DNA of 57,633 nucleotides, taken from Nitrospinota bacterium (GTDB lineage: Bacteria; Nitrospinota; Nitrospinia; Nitrospinales; JACRGP01). Location of the stretch: contig JACRGP010000085.1 in NCBI GenBank assembly GCA_016217765.1, forward strand, positions 1-57,633, read 5' to 3'. Each line of letters starts with the position of its first letter. Positions within the stretch are counted from its first letter, which is position 1. Positions 54,390 to 57,633 of this stretch are shown here, one piece after another. The position numbers and the translations under genes were made by a program. Below the pieces are notes generated by a model that worked only from the letters and a program-made list of their open reading frames with translations, did no database searches and was not told the DNA's origin.

Positions 54390-55394
54390 CTATTCTTCTT
54401 TTGGAGCCCATTCGGGCTCCCAAGACAGGCAAATCCCCGCGGGGTTCCTGAACTGCCCCGGCTCCTTGCCCACCGAGCCCCACCGGGCGACAAAATTGAA
54501 TTCCGGGTCGAACTTCTGGACCCGGTGGTTCAGGGTATCGACCACGTACAGATACCCATACGGGTCCTGGGCGATGGCCATGGGGCAGTTGAACTGCCCT
54601 TCTCTTTTGCCGTATTCGCCTATCCGGGACACGAAAGCTCCCTCGCGATCGAAAATCTGAAGCCGGTTCTGGCTCTTCTCCGCGACCAGGATCCTCCCAT
54701 CGCGGAGGACGGCGATGCCATTAGGATAGTTCAACCTCCCGTCCTCGAATCCGTATTCCCCGAACTTGGACATGAACTGGCCGTTCTCGTTGAATATCTG
54801 TATGCGCTGGTTGTCGCGGTCGGCGACGTAAATGTTTCCCTCCTTGTCCAGGGCCACGCCGGTGGGAAATTTGAGGAACCCGTCGAAGTTCCCGGCGTAC
54901 CCGAACCCCAGCAGAAACTCGCCGTCCTCGTCGTATCTTTTCAGACAATGGTTCGAGGTATCGACCACCAAGATCGTGCCGGTGGGCTCGGCCACGATTC
55001 CTTCCGGCCAGTAAAACTTGTCCTGCCCCCATCCTTCCTGGCCGAAACCGAGCAGATTGCCGCCGTCCGGATCGAACTTCTGGATGCGATGACAGCCGGT
55101 GTCGGCCACCCAGATGTTCCCGTTGACGTCCAGGGCCACGCCGCTTGGGGTCTTGAACTCTCCGGGGTTATAGGGGGGACGCGTCCCGGCGGAGCGGCCG
55201 AACTGGAACAGAAATTTCCCGTTGCCGTCAAACTTTTGAATGCGGTCGTTTCCGGAGTCGGCGATCCAGACATACAGCTTGGAGTGGTCGACTTTTACCG
55301 CCGCCGGTTTCTCCTCGGGAAGGGTTTCGATACCGGCGACTTCCAAGGAGGTCATTCCAACTCGCCCGACTTCTTTCTTAATGTCTTCCGCCAT
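54390..55394 (-). CDS. NHL-repeat beta-propeller protein
   Basis: Six repeats of the type 'P.G(I/V)A(L/V)D..GN(I/L)(Y/W)VAD..N.R(I/V)Q(K/I)F'. Confidence 0.85.
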   Translation of the reverse strand: MAEDIKKEVGRVGMTSLEVAGIETLPEEKPAAVKVDHSKLYVWIADSGNDRIQKFDGNGKFLFQFGRSAGTRPPYNPGEFKTPSGVALDVNGNIWVADTGCHRIQKFDPDGGNLLGFGQEGWGQDKFYWPEGIVAEPTGTILVVDTSNHCLKRYDEDGEFLLGFGYAGNFDGFLKFPTGVALDKEGNIYVADRDNQRIQIFNENGQFMSKFGEYGFEDGRLNYPNGIAVLRDGRILVAEKSQNRLQIFDREGAFVSRIGEYGKREGQFNCPMAIAQDPYGYLYVVDTLNHRVQKFDPEFNFVARWGSVGKEPGQFRNPAGICLSWEPEWAPKEE

Positions 55395-55467
55395 CGTTAC
55401 GCCTTTTCGCGGACGGGGTCCGCGTACGCTGAAGTGTCAAATCGATCGTTGGGGAACGGGCTTGCCG

Positions 55468-55879
55468 TAAGAGCGTCTAACAAAATGAACCCTTTGGCTC
55501 GGCCCTCAAATTCTCCCCTCCCTCGACCGGGGAACGCCCCGGAGCGGGATGGCCAAGCCCGGATTGCCCCCGATGACTCCCATTCGCCATCGGAGCCAAG
55601 CCTATTGAGTCCAGCGTCACGCTGGGGAGGGGGCTGGGGGAGGGTGACCGGCGTGAACGCTGGACCCGACGCCGCCTCAGGCTGACGCCGAGGCGACCGG
55701 CGTGACGCCGGATTCATTATCGCCCCGGCGCAAGCGCGGGGCGGCATTGCCCACCGGGGGCGTCCCCGGCGTCATCGCCGCGTCGCCTCTGGGCGTTAGC
55801 GCAGCGTTGCACCCCCACCTGAGCTCCCCCGTCACGGGGGGGGAAGTTATGGAACACTTCATTTTGTTAGACGCTCTAA
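55468..55879 (+). mobile_element. MITE-like element, copy C (~412 bp, with an extra ~115-bp repeat module)
   Basis: Termini 'taagagcgtctaacaaaatga' / 'tcattttgttagacgctctaa'. About six differences from copy A over a ~165-nt shared core (hand alignment). Confidence 0.8.
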
Positions 55880-56091
55880 GGGATCCCATGCAGTTGCAAC
55901 CGTGGTTTACCGGCGGCGAGGCGGATGTCTCTCCGAAACATCGACGAATGCGGAAAAGGACATTCCCGTCAACAGAGGGTAAAGGAAATACCGTCCCGAT
56001 GAAGGACGATAGATGGGAAACTCGTCATGGCCCGCCCGCTTCGGCGATTCGAATCGACCGCGCGGTTTTCCGCGCCCGCCCGCCAAAACCT

Positions 56092-56694
56092 TCAGTTGAC
56101 CATGAAACCTTTCACGTCGAGGATCTGATACTCGAAGTCGCAGGCCTTCTGGAATTCCAAAAGCCGTTCGTTCCAGTTTGTCTTGAAGGTATCGAGGTTG
56201 TCCAGCTTCGGTTTCTTCTTCATGAGCTCGACCTCGCGGTACAACGGCTTTACCAGGTTTTTATGGATCTGCTGGACCACGTTGCGCAATTTGATCACGC
56301 ACTCCTTGGTCACCAGTTCGCGGGTCACGCCGTCGACCTTCTCCAGGAGCCGCAAGAAGGTTTGGATGGTGTTCAAATGCGTCAGATAGCTTTCGGCCAG
56401 CTTGTGATCGTATTTCAAACCGCAATCGATATAGCCCGGCATCAAAAACATTCCCACATGATGGTCGAACTTGACCGACAGGGTGATGAGTTTTTGGAGG
56501 TAATCGACCTCGCGAAGGTCTTCTTCCTCTTCGCCTTCAGCCAGTTCTTTCGCGGCCTTTTCCTTTTCCTTCTGGAGCTCTTTCTTTATTTTCTCCAGTT
56601 CGCTGAGGTCGGAAAGAGAGTCGTCTCCCATGGTAGACGCCTGGGTCTCCTCATTTTCCTGTTCTTTGTTGGCTTGAATATCCTGTTCGCTCAA
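56092..56694 (-). CDS. Hypothetical protein with acidic coiled-coil N-terminus
   Basis: TTG start 7 nt after SD 'aaggagg'. Protein-like composition, whereas the antisense 339-aa ORF is Leu/Phe-rich. Lower-GC DNA. Confidence 0.65.
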   Translation of the reverse strand: MSEQDIQANKEQENEETQASTMGDDSLSDLSELEKIKKELQKEKEKAAKELAEGEEEEDLREVDYLQKLITLSVKFDHHVGMFLMPGYIDCGLKYDHKLAESYLTHLNTIQTFLRLLEKVDGVTRELVTKECVIKLRNVVQQIHKNLVKPLYREVELMKKKPKLDNLDTFKTNWNERLLEFQKACDFEYQILDVKGFMVN

Positions 56695-57061
56695 TGGACT
56701 GCCTCCTTAATAAAACCATAGATTAAAAACGCATTAAAATCAACGCATTAGAGTCTTGCTGGGGATGTGAATAAGTATAATCCTATTTTTGCGGGAGTGT
56801 CAAGGGTTTTACGGGGAACGCAGGGGAGGCGGTCCAATTGACGCCGCCAGCCGCAAGTGATATAACGTCCGCAATGTCCTCCTCCCATTCCTGCGAGGAA
56901 CAAATCGTTGATTCCACCGCACAACAGGGAGACGCTCGAAGTCGTCGAACTCGATAAAGCTATCTTGGTTAACATTGAAGGAGTTATTGTCAAAGAAGCT
57001 CTAAAAACCACCGCAATAAATGCGGTGTGGGGAAAACCCCAAAAAAGCAAATGGTGACTTA

Positions 57062-57511
57062 ATGCCAGAAATCAATCTTACGCAAGCCGAGGCGGATGCC
57101 TTGATGGCAATGGAAAAAAGCAAGCTGGATGACCAGCGAATAGATTATCCATCGATGGGAGGTGCAATTACGATTCCCTTGATATCGGCGGATAAACGGG
57201 AACATTTTCTGCTTGATATAAGCCGAGGCAGGATCGACCTTTTCAGAGGGAAATATCAGAACCGGGCACGACAGGCCGTGATCTTGGCAAGGCTTGACTT
57301 CGGCGGCGCATCTCATCGCAATCCCGGCGACGAGGAAATCCCAAGCCCGCATCTTCATGTCTACCGCGAGGGCTTCGGCGACAAGTGGGCCATCCCCGCA
57401 CCCGCTGACAAGTTCGGCGACATTTCAGACCTTTGGCGGACGCTGGAGGATTTCATGCGATACTGCAACATAACGGAGCCGCCCATTATCGAAAGGGTGT
57501 TGTTCTCATGA
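57062..57511 (+). CDS. Hypothetical small protein (possibly DUF6978-like)
   Basis: '[19 protein letters not shown]...[16 protein letters not shown]'. The stop overlaps the next ATG (ATGA). The family name is from weak memory only. Confidence 0.55.
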   Translation: MPEINLTQAEADALMAMEKSKLDDQRIDYPSMGGAITIPLISADKREHFLLDISRGRIDLFRGKYQNRARQAVILARLDFGGASHRNPGDEEIPSPHLHVYREGFGDKWAIPAPADKFGDISDLWRTLEDFMRYCNITEPPIIERVLFS

Positions 57512-57633
57512 TTGGGGAAATCCGAAAACTGCTGGACCAGTATGTGGCATGGTTGAAAAACAAGACCGTGTTGCGTCCAATCGATGATTGGGTTGAAATC
57601 ACAACCCCCTACCTCGACCGCCACAACGACTAC
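57508..57633 (+). CDS. N-terminal fragment of a DUF1828-like protein (runs off the window)
   Basis: My translation: '[42 protein letters not shown]'. The 'W.EI.TP(F/Y)LDRHND' pattern is what I recall for DUF1828. Confidence 0.5.
   Translation, partial: MIGEIRKLLDQYVAWLKNKTVLRPIDDWVEITTPYLDRHNDY

Noticed and set aside
1-57633. CRISPR arrays, rRNA and tRNA genes, group II introns, retron-type msr/msd.
   Set aside because: I saw no regularly spaced short direct repeats with unique spacers, no tRNA-like cloverleaf candidates in the larger intergenic regions, and no reverse transcriptase. A covariance-model scan (Infernal/tRNAscan) would be needed for certainty.

Overview
GC-rich bacterial chromosomal window, apparently from a diderm (Tat and Sec signal peptides, periplasmic cytochrome c, MsrP, Pst). 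I count about 55 credible protein genes and saw no rRNA, tRNA or CRISPR array. The ORF track allows non-ATG starts, and many long ORFs are antisense artefacts of the high GC content.

Left ~45 kb is mostly core metabolism:
- orphan sensor plus histidine kinase pair
- class II aldolase
- a USP/PCP_red fusion protein
- an MsbA-like exporter with OleA-like and OleB-like genes
- pstSCAB
- a long minus-strand acyl-CoA catabolic operon: thiolase/DUF35, acyl-CoA dehydrogenase, PrpD, PrpB, citrate synthase-type enzyme, and an IcmF-like B12 mutase split into two genes
- this operon is divergent from a fused indolepyruvate:ferredoxin oxidoreductase
- periplasmic redox genes (dihaem cytochrome c/EB_dh, FGE-sulfatase, MsrP)
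- DEAD-box helicase, serine biosynthesis genes, a parvulin

Right ~12 kb (46.2-57.6 kb) is accessory and the most interesting part:
- A same-strand array of eight paralogous DUF1566 (Lcl C-terminal, C-type-lectin-like) genes carrying nine domains. Seven appear to lack signal peptides.
- A CPHT glutaredoxin-like gene sits inside the array.
- A secreted Ala-rich protein, an RNI-type LRR protein, a TPR protein and an NHL propeller follow.
- The block is punctuated by copies of a previously unnamed ~270-410 bp MITE-like element with 19-21 bp terminal inverted repeats. A third copy sits directly upstream of pstS.
- A rich set of modular GC-rich palindromic intergenic repeats occurs throughout.
- A lower-GC module lies at the right edge.

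All family assignments are motif recognition by eye. None was checked by search.
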